DNA of 64,000 bases from a bacterium (lineage in GTDB: Bacteria; UBA8248). Every line of letters starts with the position of its first letter. The stretch's first letter is position 1. Positions 12,822 to 50,800 of this stretch are shown one piece after another. The translations under genes were made by a program, and so were the position numbers. The stretch is taken from NCBI GenBank assembly GCA_965213685.1, contig CBDBZY010000041.1, positions 1 through 64,000 on the forward strand, read 5' to 3'. Below the pieces are notes generated by a model. The model searched no databases. It saw only the letters and a list, made by a program, of their open reading frames with translations, and had not been told where the DNA came from.

Positions 12822-14045
12822 CGACACTTGTTTCCTCAGCCATTCAATCTCTGCCTTTTGAGACTGATTCTCCAGTGTCACCCGATGATTCTCCTGCATC
12901 ACTCGATAATTTTCCTGCTTCACTCGATGATTATCCTGTCAAATCTCCTGGGCCATGGCCAATTGTGTGTTTTGCTTCTCCACTGATGCAATCTGATAAT
13001 GCTTCCCCTTTTCTTGTGACTGCACTTCTCGTTGCAGTGCTCCAATGTGCTGGTTCTCGGAGAGAATCTGCAGCTCATGTGACTCAATTTGCTGGTTTTG
13101 TTCCTTCACTGTCTGCACCAACATCAATCTGTCCATGTGACATTCTGCATCATCGATCTCACCCCTGGCCCGCTCCAGTAGCTGCACCACCTGATGGATT
13201 GAGGGCCGATCCTCTGGAAAGCTTTTGAGGCACCACTAGATAATCTGCACAAGTGGATGGTCATCAAGGAACTGGCTGTAGATCTTCTGCATGTACTCCG
13301 CTCGCCGCTCCAGCTCATCTCGAATAACCTGCCTTCGGTGCTCATCTCGGTACACTTGTGCCAGAACCTTGCGGGGGAAGCGTTGTGTGAGGGTGAAAAT
13401 GGCCACCACATGCACCCAGAGAAAAGATGTCGATCGTCATGTCGTATCGAGACTCGTCTTCCAGTGCCTCTGGGGGCATGTAGATGGACGCACCAGATGC
13501 TTTGGTCATGGTGACTACCCTCAGGCTGGGGACAATCCTAGCCACCCCAAGGACCGCAATTTTGGCTGTCATGGCAGAGTTCAGGAGAACGTTCCTCGCT
13601 GAGAGATCCCGATGGATCAACGACGGATAGCGGCTGTGCAGGTAGCAGAGACCTTGAGCGACGTCGTAGAGGAACGAGTGCTTGAGGCCCAGGGGGATAT
13701 TGGGCCGAGTCTCCAGCAGGTCGTGGAGGCTGGTCAGCAGTCGCTCCATCACCAGCGCAGGGAGCCGCGAGCCCGGCAGCACGCAGATGCCTAGAAAGAG
13801 GACGATATGTGGGCGGCGGAGGGTTCTCATGAGTCGGCACTCCTCAACGAACTGGCCTGCTGCCCTCTCCATCTCAGCCTGCGGTATTTCAGAGCGGTCT
13901 TGGAAGATGTCGTGGATCTTCTTGACGGCGCAAACCGCTCCAGGTATCTGCCGTAGGCTCCTGAGCCGATTCTTATACCGGTTAGTTGCATGTCTTGGAG
14001 CTGAAACGCCCTCAGCTCGGGATGATCGCGAAGGAGATTCGCCAT
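12822..14045 (-). pseudogene. TKL-like Ser/Thr protein kinase with C-terminal coiled coil, frameshifted
   Basis: ATG 14045; IGSGAYG, CAVKK, HRDLSARN, YMPPE and DIFSLG present but split over several frames; DLG changed to VLG; Q/E-rich tail in 12939-13190. Confidence 0.85.
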
Positions 14046-14334
14046 AATTATGCCGAATTCTCTCTGTGGAGAAAATGAACAAACAAGGGCTGGTGCGTGG
14101 GGCTGGTTTACCTTGGTCACGTGAAGGAGTGAACGCATTGCTGCTTTCACTAGCTAGCGCAGCGCCAGCTTACTAGTGGAATGTGGGCGAGCGGGCGCGA
14201 GCCACGCCCATTCATGTGTGTCTGAGTTGCTTCAGCTTATGACGTGCATGGTTTGAGAGAATCTGATAATAAGTGACATTAACCCACACGTACATCCAAC
14301 CACACTCAAACCAACATGCACATGTGCACAGTCT

Positions 14335-14735
14335 TGGATCTGACGAACTCGAGAGCAGGCCACAAACGTGAGGCCTGGGAGAATTCCTTCTTTCCAACAT
14401 CGATGACCACCTTGTTCAGGGTGAGACCCTGGGACTTGTGGATAGTGACTGCCAGACGTGAGCACTGGCCACCTGAGGGGACCAGCAGCGGCGAAGAGGA
14501 ATGATGGGCACAGTGCCGTCAGGAAAGGTGGGGCCAGAGTAGCTGTCAAAGTGGACCATGACAGCAATGGGCAAGTCTGGTGGAGCTCCTGTTCTGTAGC
14601 AGATGGCTTGTACACTTCCCATTGCTCCATTGACAAGGCCAACATCAAACCATAGATATAGAGCGGAGGAACCTCCGCTCTATTAGTTCCTCCGCTCTAT
14701 TATCTATGATCAAACAACCCATAGGTTGCTCACAC
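14335..14735 (-). pseudogene. Pif1-family helicase C-terminal fragment
   Basis: GLVNGAMG, LPIAVMVHFDSYSGP, TIHKSQGLTL, GLTFVACSRVR motifs across frameshifts. Confidence 0.85.
14651..14708. mobile_element. 58-bp P-like micro-element with 7-bp TSD
   Basis: CATAGATA..TATCTATG termini flanked by ATCAAAC (14644-14650, 14709-14715). Confidence 0.75.
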
Positions 14736-15178
14736 GGCCGACTCGACGAGGTAATTTTGGAACAGGGGTAGTCCAAGTCATACGCAGCGAACGGTAGCTG
14801 CCCTCTGAGCGTTGCCGAGGTAAGGAACAGGGGTAGTCCAAGTCGTGAGTAGCCCTTGTCCCGCGCCCTGGCCCTGCCTCGTCACACGACCTCCTAGCTT
14901 GGGCCCGAAAGTGGCTAGCCCTTGTAGCTCGTTTTAACGACGCAGCGAACGGTAGCTGCGCTCTGAGCGTTGACGAGGTAAGGGACAGGGGTAGTCCGAA
15001 TCGTGGGTCGCAATACCCGAGCCAAGGCTTGGTTGTGACACGTAGAACTAGCTCACTCCGTTTGCCCTCTCTCCCCGTTTTACCAAGTAACCGGATGTGA
15101 TCGAGCCGGCTTTACGTTTGCCCGTAGCGCGGGGGTCCGCGGGGACCAAAAGGTATCATCGCCGGATGAATATATATA

Positions 15179-15885
15179 GGTTATACGGCGAGTCCATGGA
15201 AATACGTGATTTAGAAACCCGAAGGCCCTGGGCTGTAGCGTCCGAGCGCAGCGAGGACGCTACTAAGGGTCCGAGGGTTTCTAAATCACGTATTTCCATT
15301 GGACGAGCCGTATAACCGGTTTAGACTGTGCGCACGACGCATTGGACGAGCCGTATAACCGGTTTAGACTATACGTGCGCGTATACATTGCTTAGTAACA
15401 AGCGTGTGTAGCAACAAGGTTTCAAGTTTAGTCATAGATATTTAACCCCACGGTTACGTAGTCTTTACAATCAATCAATTGTTTAGTGCAGTCGCCCGTA
15501 GAGATGAAAGCCTTCTTCTGCGACGAAACAGACGAAGCAGAGCTCGACATTGATGCGCTCATGCTGCCAGCAAGCCAGCATTACGAGCGGACATTGTTGA
15601 CTCCGTCGCGACCCAACGTAGGGCCTAACCTACCCGCGCCGAGCTCTACTGTCCAGCTCTCCGTCGCTGCACCCGTTTCCAGGCCCCGCCTCTCTTCCAT
15701 ACCGCGTATTCCACGCGTCGTTACCACGCCCCCCGGCTACTTCCAATGGCAATCATGTATATTCACGCACTTGGAAAATAAATTTTCCCGCGGTGGAAAT
15801 AAGTTTACGCGGGGTGGAAATAAGTGATTTATTTTCCACGCGATACGCAATGTGATTGGTCAGTTCAAAATTAGCACAGTCTAAA
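15179..15885 (+). mobile_element. Hairpin-headed Crypton-like non-autonomous element
   Basis: ~140-bp hairpin 15179-15317; TTTAGACTGTGC (15320) inverted at 15874-15885; ATTGG near the end. Confidence 0.6.
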
Positions 15886-15892
15886 TATATAT

Positions 15893-16607
15893 TTATACCA
15901 TGCTTACTATGAATCCTACGATCTGATTGGTCAGTGTGAGGTCCTTTATTTTACTTATTAGACCTCTGACTGTGGAATGTTGTCACCTGATTGGTCAGAT
16001 TTACTTATTAGACCTCTGACGGTGGAATTCTGTCGCCTGATTGGTCAGATTTACTTATTAGACCTCTGAAGCTACTTATTAGACCTCTGAAGGCCGTGCG
16101 TGTTTGTACACGCTTTCCTCGTCGTAGCCTCGGGGACAAGTCTTGTACGTATCACGCGCAAAGCGTCGCGCGTACGTCGTTTGCGCGTGGTGTGCGCGCG
16201 TCGTATCCAGGCCCGCGGGGCAGAGAGTACAGCTATCACGCGGAGCCATGGCGCGCGTGTACGTGCCTGTGTTTGTGCACGCTTTCTGCCCCGTAGCCTC
16301 GGGACAACTGTTGTACGCATCACGCGCAAGGCGTCGCCCGTAAGTCGTTTCCTCGTGCGTCGTATCCCGGACGCCCGAGCCCGCAGGGCATAGAGTACAG
16401 CTATCACGCGGCCGGAGCCATGGCGCGTGTACGTGCGCGTGCAGTGCATCTGCATGGCATAAATACCTTATACCATGCCGTGTCGGTATATACGGGAATG
16501 CATAAGACCTTGGAAACCTTAGAGACCCTTGCGCTTCGCGCGCGGGTCTCTAAACCGGTTTCCGCGGTCTTATACATTCCCGTATATACCTCCACTGCAT
16601 GGTATAA
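15893..16607 (-). mobile_element. Hairpin-headed Crypton-like element, second subfamily
   Basis: Hairpin 16468-16607; short inverted pair 16452-16462 / 15893-15903; repeated CTGATTGGTCAG. Confidence 0.6.
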
Positions 16608-17916
16608 CCTATATATATTATATAGAAATCCGCTCCAGCCAAACGACTAGGTGGGCTCGCTCCCGCTCGCCCAATAACCTCATCTCATGGTCTTTTGAGA
16701 AACTTCGTATATATGTAGACACTGTTTGTAGTTCTCTAGGTATTAGCTGGAAGCAATGGCGAGAGGGTGTTTTCCTTGTTTAACTGCTCCTGCACTTGTT
16801 GTACTACTGTCAGACATAGTACTAGTGTAGAAGGAAGGCACTCAGAGTACTGGTCCCACCATTATTTCAAGGCAATGCCTGGAGACTGAATGTACAGCCA
16901 TCCTCCACATACCATGTACACCATCCTCCACATACCACATCACTATAGACAGCTGCAGCATATAGTAAGTCCCTCTGTTAAGGACATCTGTAAAACGTGC
17001 TGTCACTACTATACAAGCTGCTTAGCAGTATGCTCCAGGACTATATAATACCATGGAGCTTCCCTTGTTGATTGGAATCCAATAAGAGAATGAGACAAAC
17101 CTTCTGCACCACATGTGCTCACTTCAGTCTCCAATATTCCCAATTAAGAGATTTACTCATTCTCTATAACACCTCTAGTGTATTATCTAATCATGTTGTA
17201 TATTGGCGTGGCTGTAGAGTATCCTATTCTAGTAACTATAGTAGTGCTATTATTAGGCACAGATGTATATATGAAGGCACCATCTCATCACTGTGGTTGC
17301 TTACTGTAACTGTGTCCTGGGTATCCAAAAGAGACCATACATACATGTAGACTCCACACACCAAATGTATAGCAATTTTGCAGTGGATAATTCATGTACC
17401 ATTAAAATTAATACTGCTACTTTATGGGCATGTGGGAATAACCAGTGCATCATCACCAGAATCACCATACAATGCATATGATTGCCACAGATCAAGAGAT
17501 AGGATGCATGTCTTGAATGGTATTAGCCTGTCAGGGCTGCACATGGGGAGTTGTCCATAGTTATAAGCACATGCTCAGTGCATGCAAATGAATACTTGGG
17601 AGCCATCATTCTTCCTACTTAGACAGCAGGAATATAGTGTCTGAGAACTAGTCCTTAATTAATTGCCACATGATGCTGCTCTATTATGCTATTCTGTTGT
17701 GCCCAAATTATTGACCTATTATGCTCATGTTTTTTTCCCATTATCCCTTTACCAACCAAAGACGCATATATAGGTCATGAGTGTCCTATTTTCTTTTTAT
17801 TAGAATTTATATGGAGGTTATAATACTAGGCGTTATACTTTGTACAGTGTTTTCTGCTTTTTTATGACACTTTTACCTATGCAGGTATCGGCCTGGGAAC
17901 GAGGCTAGGTTGGTAA

Positions 17917-18543
17917 TAGCCTCGTATCCAAGCCGCGCCGCCAGGCGGGGAGGCACGTGCGGGGGAGGGGTGCACGGTGAGGAGGAGAAGCGGCCTGGTA
18001 TACACTCTTCCGGAAGTACCCAAAATCTGGGTACTCGTAATGTTTGGTAAACTGCTTCGTAAAACATTCCGTAAACGAATACGTAATCATCGCTCGCGTC
18101 CGTTTCTGTTTCTGTAACGATGGCTGTTCGCGCGACATGCGAGTTCGATGCTGCCCTGTCGTACGCCCTGTCTTCAGTTAAGCGCGGTGACATCGTCCTG
18201 AAGAAAGAGCAGAGAGAAGCAATAAGCTTATAGGTACTTCATATAGCTTTGCCATGCGAGCAGGAAGATGCTTGTTCAAGCCTCCTGAACTGAAGAGGGC
18301 CGTGTAGTGTTTCGTCTGTACCGCACAGGCGCAGAAGCGGCAAACGGTATGCGTGGAAGTCGCCATCTCTACACGCTCGAACGTGAAGTCCGCATTCTTG
18401 GCCCGCATATATATTCATTCTGTTCAGGAGATGTGAATTTACGAAATCTTTTACGGTAAGTTCACGGAAGCAGGACGCGCATGCGCAAACAGTATATACC
18501 AGGCCGCGTTTTCTCCCTCCCACGCGGCCTGGGTAGGAGGCTA
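17917..18543. mobile_element. AcademH-like non-autonomous element with 9-bp TSD
   Basis: TAGCCTC..GAGGCTA termini; GGTTGGTAA at 17908-17916 and 18544-18552; internal CRFC..LFS ORF remnant (18178-18408, -). Confidence 0.75.
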
Positions 18544-19335
18544 GGTTGGTAAGGATTATGCTTTCTCACTAAGCTTTCATTTTATGTCCCTTCATGTTAG
18601 CCCATATCTCTTCCACTGTCACAGCCGTGACTCTAGTGTTGAATCTCATTTTCCAATAATACCTCATGGCTCATGACCTGCCTACACCAATTTTGAAGGC
18701 AGTAATACAAGACAGGAAGGAGATTATAATTATAGACTTTTATAGTGCACTTCAATGTGCCCATAGTGCTGTTTAGCGGTAGCTACGTGTAGACATCTAG
18801 CTCATAGAGACATTTGCACAAGGGCATGCTGCATGATCATGCATGACATGTGACATTAGTTATTATTCTAGTCATGTTGTGTGCAAATGTTGTTCCTCTG
18901 GCCCCCCCTTGATCAAATCTCGCCCTCCCTTGGAGATAGCTAGTGTATTGCTACAATTGCTTCCAATTCTCTATTCACTACAAAGTCCATGAGAATGCAC
19001 CAGAAGTAGTCGCAGAGTCTAAAATCTAAAATTCTTGGGGAGAGCATTCCCCCAGACCCCCTAGTGTATATGTTCTTATGCATATGTACAGAGGGCTTGG
19101 CCCCGCTCTTTTTCAAAAACAATCATTTTGCCCCCCCTTGGATCAATTATTTCTAAATGAACCCCTGAAGTCTGTCTTTCCTGCTGTTGAGAATATTCAC
19201 TGGATATAATGACCTCAGTCAGTGAAAAGCATATTTAGGGCATCACATGCATGTGATTTGCATGATGAGCCAGCAGTGAGCACAGCCTCTGCAGCAGACA
19301 ACTGAGTCAGTGGAGCTACTACTAACATACAGAGT

Positions 19336-19420
19336 ATGGTGCAGGTGTTAGTGGTGTTGCTGGTGGCTCTCGCTCTCCTCCAGGCAGTGAGGCCAGAGAA
19401 TTGGGCAGAGGAGACTAACA
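19336..19420 (+). other. Isolated signal-peptide-like first exon
   Basis: MVQVLVVLLVALALLQAVRPENWAEETN followed by GTGAGT donor; no downstream exon recognised. Confidence 0.4.
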
Positions 19421-19637
19421 GTGAGTAGAAAGTACTCACTGGTTAGATAATTATTGTAAACCCATCCATAGAGGGCAGTGGGTGAATTCTATCTCTAGAT
19501 CTGTCTAAGCCATCTCAATAATTATGCAGGTATATGTCACCAGCTTACTGCAGTAACTCTAACTGTTCATCTCTGTCAAAAGCAGACAAAGATGACAGGT
19601 GACAAGTAAAATTAAATTAATTTTGTCAATTACGGAA

Positions 19638-20189
19638 GGAATTGCATTAAAAGTATATGGAGACAAGACATGCATGGTTGCAAAGTACTCCTCTCTTCCA
19701 GAGCCAGTGGTTTCTGGTTATATAATTCTGTTACATAACTATAATACACCAGGTTTAGTGGGAACAATGATGACATGATGAGTAGGCCATTTCTGCATTG
19801 TGTAATACAAGCCCTATATTGTTGAGCATATAGCCACGATCTAGAAGGAAGTTACGGCAGTAAAGAGATTAATTTTGAATTATTTTACAGTCCATGCAAT
19901 CGGTAGTTACATAGGCTCATATCACAATACATAGGCTCATATCACATTAAGCATCATAAACGTTAGTGAGTTCTTTCAAGGTGTGTGTAAAAACAGGCAT
20001 TAATTTTATATTTTCGTGGTGCTGTTCACGGTTATCAGTTGTCTCTGTCATCTTGACACACATACAGAACTTCTAACATTACTGGTACTCCTATATGGCT
20101 CTGCTCAACAATATAGGGTTTGTATTATGTAAATAAAACTTATAGCATGTACTTTGGAACCATGCCTGTCCACTTTTAATGCAATCCCT
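19638..20189. mobile_element. Degenerate inverted-repeat element (MITE-like)
   Basis: GGAATTGCATTAAAAGT / ACTTTTAATGCAATCCC outer arms and AATACAAGCCCTATATTGTTGAGCA / TGCTCAACAATATAGGGTTTGTATT inner arms. Confidence 0.55.
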
Positions 20190-20451
20190 AAATTGTGTAT
20201 ATCCTTGTTTTATACATGACATCCTTCTGCAAGCTACACTATGAGATTGCTGGAAACAGCATTATGCAGTAAGAAAAGATGTAGGGATGGGTTACTTGTG
20301 TAGTGTTTGTATAATGCATGTAGTTAGCCCTTACATCATCATAGTTCACAAATGTATAAGAAAAGTATGCTGATAAACATTATCCTTGATTTGCATTGTA
20401 TGAAATTGAATGTTCTGCAGTATAATTGGTACAACTGACTGGAACAGAGTG

Positions 20452-24627
<4,176 letters not shown>

Positions 24628-25081
24628 ATCAACCCTACATGGAAACAGAGATCAATTGCTTTAGTAGAGTTTCTCAGAGTACAAACTATATAATTACATG
24701 CGTCTGTAGCTCCGGTAACCTACACATATACACTGTACATGTACATGTATCTGACAATGAGGGCACGCATAATTGTATTAACAAACCCCAAGCTGCATGC
24801 ATACAATATCAGTGCCAGTTGCATACCCAAATTAAAGTGCGCACCACAGTAGATGAAGAATTGCAAAACGTTTGTCACAAACATGCTAAAAATTTTAACC
24901 ACTTGGTTGGAAATTTCATTTGAGAAGTGTAAAGTATATGAAAGGTTAGCACTGGGCCAGTGAAGTGTTTGGTGCTTAGATAGCAGTCTAATACAGAATT
25001 ATAGTAGGCAGAGCAACAAATATGGTTGGAGTAAACATAGAGTGTAGATGATAAGAAGTGAAAACAACAAAATTGAACAGC

Positions 25082-25285
<204 letters not shown>

Positions 25286-25384
25286 GGTGGTAAGAGCTAG
25301 TTGTATGCTTGATTACTGCTGTCCAAGACACAAAGTACAAGAGTTCAGTACAGTGATAAGCATGACCACCCAAACAGAACTAAT

Positions 25385-25771
25385 TCATTGTTCAGTGTGC
25401 TCGCATGTGTTCTTTTCCCTCAAACTGTCAAGTACACTGGGGTCAATGTCCTTCAATGGATGCTGCAAGTCATGTGGGTTGTGGTCAGGCAATGCCCACA
25501 GGCCCAGAAAGTCATCTTTGTCCTCCAGACCGGCCAGAAGTGAGTTGAATGCTTTCTTAGAGTCCATCAAATTCACAGAAACAGAGAATTTCAGCTCATC
25601 CCCAAACCTTTGCTTCTTCACTCTCTTCTCTTCAGCTTGGTCAAGTTTATCAAAATTCGCTGATACTTGAGGCAACGCTCGTTGGCTTTCTTGCAGTGCC
25701 ACGCAATCTGACAGACTCCCGGAACTTTTGAGCTTATCGAGCAGGCTAGTAGCATTATCCTTGGCACTCAT
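25385..25771 (-). CDS. 128-aa intronless protein of unknown family
   Basis: ATG-to-TGA ORF with protein-like composition and basic patch KRVKKQR, directly downstream of the GC-rich promoter region. Confidence 0.6.
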   Translation of the reverse strand: MSAKDNATSLLDKLKSSGSLSDCVALQESQRALPQVSANFDKLDQAEEKRVKKQRFGDELKFSVSVNLMDSKKAFNSLLAGLEDKDDFLGLWALPDHNPHDLQHPLKDIDPSVLDSLREKNTCEHTEQ

Positions 25772-25779
25772 ACCAGTGC

Positions 25780-26312
25780 AGCACGAGGTGATATGTAGAG
25801 CAGTGAACGGCTAGATTGACCTTTGTTCCTCTAGCGTGGTCAGCCACAGTCGAAGTCTGAGCTGCGAAGTCTCAGCTAAAGCTCCTCTTGGGCAATGGGC
25901 TAGGCAGGAAGAGGGGGCGGATTTGTGGGGATGGAGCCACAGACTAAGCTAACTGCAGCCAGAAAACAGCAACTCCAAGGTGCGGCCGCGCGTCACCGAC
26001 CTTCGACCCGAAGGCTGAAACATGAAAACATTTGTGGTCACTGAGACTGGAAGCACAGTGCACTAGCGCACGCGCAGCGAACATCACGCGCACGCGCATG
26101 CGTACATAGGGGGAAAGGACTGCCGAATAAACCAAATTGTGCTAACCTTCCTTTCAGCCGAGTAGCACACACATAGAGTGAAATATCCCAACACTGCGCT
26201 CAAACAGGCAACGAGCAGGAAGATCAAGATTCTCCGTAATCTACGCAAGCACGACGTAGATCAGGTGACTTCCACGTGCCCACCGCGTGCGCCAAACAAG
26301 TGTACTTGTGCG
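25780..26312. promoter_or_regulatory. Probable bidirectional promoter (RECQL/orphan ORF versus FNBP4)
   Basis: ~540-bp CpG-rich gap between divergent ATGs; GGGGCGG at ~25914 and GCGCATGCG at ~26094. Confidence 0.55.
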
Positions 26313-47840
<21,528 letters not shown>

Positions 47841-48504
47841 TGCCATGATGATTATATAACTACAATAGGCTGACTATGCATGCTGTGTAGAACTACTTGT
47901 TACTGTACAAAGGAAGTGTTAGTTTCTATTGTTTTCTTTCTGGATATCTTGTGTTTCATTACATGCTTATTATACTCCAAATTTAATTATTACAATCACA
48001 TTAATTATTGTTAGCCACTAAAATTTAAGTGACCTCACAACTACAGTGGAACCCTTCTGAAGCGGACACCATTGGGACCTGTCCAATGGGCAATAGACCC
48101 CCTAATGCACGACCCTCGTCAAAGGACCGGACTGGGCCGGACCGGAAGTCGTACCGGTTAATGGACGGCTCATCGGTTTTGTGACGGGGCAGGGGCTAGG
48201 GGTAGGCTAGTCCACTCGATTTTGTGACGGAGTAGGGGCTAGGGGTAGGCTAGGAACTAACAGCAGTAGACTCGAACGCGCATATAATTGCACAGATGCC
48301 GTGTATGCCACTTGATCCGACGTCTATACGTCTAGTCTACATCTAAATCTTGACTATGCTGCACAGTATGACTTCCGGTCCGGGTTTTGAAGGGCCAATT
48401 ACCTGGGAGATATTTTGCATTACTATATGCTTTTTGTACTTTTCAGGGAGCTCTAATACATGATTTTTCTCATCCTCTGTACGCAATATGCTAAAGTGTG
48501 CATG

Positions 48505-48940
48505 CTAGTGGTAGTATATACAAATTGTGGAGGAGGATGATGCAGTAACTGATGATGTGGTCCAAAATATCCGACCCGAATGGACAAAGTTGAGCCGCAC
48601 GTGGTGATTATACAATTGCAATACATTAATATGGAATGTATGCACTTGTAGGGCAGCTCCCAAGCACCAGTGCCGAGTGTCCTGAGGGGTACAGACTTTG
48701 AGAGCTGGCAGCTGAGCACAGCACACTTGTGTCATCTCAAGCAGGCACGTGGATTGCTTCTACTGGACGGCCTACTAGTGTAGCTGAGAAACACGTTGAA
48801 GAGTGTATCAGGAGACTTGATAGCGCTGCCGCCTACTGTGACTCTGGTCCCACCACACCAGTTGCCTAGTGTGTGGAGTTTGCAATGAGTGGTAATGTGA
48901 GCAATCTCTTCACTCTTGAGAGGCACCGAAAGAAAGGACT
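48505..48940 (+). pseudogene. Frameshifted partial duplicate of the downstream GNAT gene
   Basis: Colinear with ~49870-50305 with indels and stops. Confidence 0.85.
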
Positions 48941-49483
48941 ATACCAGTTAGGAAATCACAGTTCTACATAATTATGTGGAAAGACAACTGAGACAACTAA
49001 TGACCATGAACAGCACCATGAAAATGAATTCATTTCAAAATACCTGTTGTTACACTCACGCCTTGAAAACCCACTGAAGTGTATGATGACGCTTCTAAGA
49101 ACCTATGTCATTGCACAATGATCAAACTTGTGATTATTATGCGTACATGCAGTAACTACAAATTATTATTCAAATCTGTTTACTGCAGTAACTTCTTTCT
49201 AAGTAGCTGCATGCTCAACATTACAGGGCTTGTATTACATAATCCGTATCAGACATGGCATACCCGGCATGTCGTACGTCATTGTTCCCATGAACTCTGT
49301 GCATTATATAGCATTACTCTGCATCCATGTCTTGTCTCCATACCATTTTATGCAATCCTTATTCAATTATTTGTAATGTTAGTGGTTACTATTCTCGTAC
49401 TGCATGAGTGAAGGCGTGGCTCCCAGGCCAGGAAAAACCGTAATTCCTCCCCATACGGAAAACTACGGTTGACCCTGGGAATC

Positions 49484-50470
49484 ATGTGTGCTAAGAGTAC
49501 GGGTGTTGCTGTAAGTCACTTGCTCCAACGCCTTCGTTGGCCATTATGCACACAGAGAGTCGCTCGATACCACGTTAACGACAGGTCAGTACCCAGCTGT
49601 ACCGTTATCCGATTAGACGCCGGTGATCTGGGTAAGCTACGTGCGAAGATGAAGGCAGGTTCACCTAGAGCCAGCACATTGTGTAATTCACTCAGGAACG
49701 TGATCGAAGGACGAGTGGAGGGACATTTCTACACGGACGGATGGCCAGAGTTCACCACGGTCGTGTTCCAGTGCCTCCAGCCCAGACTCTCTGACGTGTG
49801 TGACCTCCACTGCTACACTACCTCCAAACAGCAACTGCACTGCGTCTTGGAACAGGCTCGCCTCGTGACCAGTGGTCAGTGGCAGTATATACAAATTGTG
49901 GAGGATGATGATGCAGTAACTGATTATGTGGTCCAAAATATCCGACCCGATGGACAAACAAAGTTGAGCCATGATGATTATACAATATATCAATATGGAA
50001 TGTATGCTCTTGTAGGGCAGCTCCCAAGCACCAGTGCCAAGTGTCCTGAGGGATACAGACTTGGAGAGCTGGCAGCTAAGCACAGCACACTCGTGTCATC
50101 TCAAGCAGGCACGTGGATTGCTTCTACTGGATGGCCTACTAGTGTAGCTGAGAAATACTTTGAAGAGTGTATCAGGAGACTTGATAGCGCTGCCGCCTAC
50201 TGTGACTCTGATCCCACCACACCAGTGGCCTGGTGTGTGGAGTTTGCAATGAGTGGTGATGTGAGCAATCTCTTCACTCTTGAGGGGCATCGAAAGAAAG
50301 GACTAGGGACTGCTGTTAAGAGAGCGCTGTGTCAGAAACAAGTGCGTCAAGGTGATATGGCATTTTCAGTTGTTGTTGATGGTTCACCTACAAGTAGTAC
50401 TAACTGGCAGAGCAAACTAGGATTTCAGTATGTTGGTAGAATGAGAGGTGTTTTTGTACTCAATCATTAA
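49484..50470 (+). CDS. Intronless GNAT acyltransferase, glycine N-acyltransferase/FR47-like
   Basis: 328-aa ORF from ATG 49484; FYTDGWPEFTTVV, PVAWC, LFTLEGHRKKGLG acyl-CoA motif, KLGF; Arg-rich N-terminus resembling a mitochondrial presequence. Confidence 0.8.
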   Translation: MCAKSTGVAVSHLLQRLRWPLCTQRVARYHVNDRSVPSCTVIRLDAGDLGKLRAKMKAGSPRASTLCNSLRNVIEGRVEGHFYTDGWPEFTTVVFQCLQPRLSDVCDLHCYTTSKQQLHCVLEQARLVTSGQWQYIQIVEDDDAVTDYVVQNIRPDGQTKLSHDDYTIYQYGMYALVGQLPSTSAKCPEGYRLGELAAKHSTLVSSQAGTWIASTGWPTSVAEKYFEECIRRLDSAAAYCDSDPTTPVAWCVEFAMSGDVSNLFTLEGHRKKGLGTAVKRALCQKQVRQGDMAFSVVVDGSPTSSTNWQSKLGFQYVGRMRGVFVLNH

Positions 50471-50609
50471 GTTACTGCAGTATTCATAATACATACATTA
50501 TTCATACAGCAATTCATGAACACTTTTCTATAATTATGAGCCCTGTCATTTTTCTGTTAACCACGCCCCCTCACACTGCTAGGTTTGCGTGTGCATGTAG
50601 ATGTATATT

Positions 50610-50800
50610 TTTCTAAGCCGATGAGGTTGTTACATATATTTATTTTTCTAAGCCGTTGAGGCTGTTATTAAACTATATTTTTCTAAGCCGTTGAGGTTGT
50701 TGTCTATTTTATAGTGTGTGATTCTTCTTTCTTTCTTCTCTGTTCTTTTCTTTCTTTCTTTCAAGTTGTGGTGCACTATGCACGTGATTGTTCATGTACA
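50610..50800 (+). repeat. Interspersed repeat (TTTTCTAAGCC..GAGGTTGTTG..TCAAGTTGTGGTGCA)
   Basis: Near-identical to 23550-23677; inverted relative near 31740-31810. Confidence 0.75.

Larger units (their letters stand above)
14150..16677 (-). mobile_element. Non-autonomous Helitron2/Helentron-like element with Pif1 helicase remnant
   Basis: 20-bp inverted repeats 14184-14203 and 16654-16673 (1 mismatch), 3' stem-loop 14152-14170, helicase remnant on the same strand. Confidence 0.7.

Noticed and set aside
13342-14082. Functional 246-aa kinase
   Set aside because: Gly-rich loop and C-lobe end lie in other frames and the DFG-equivalent Asp is lost.
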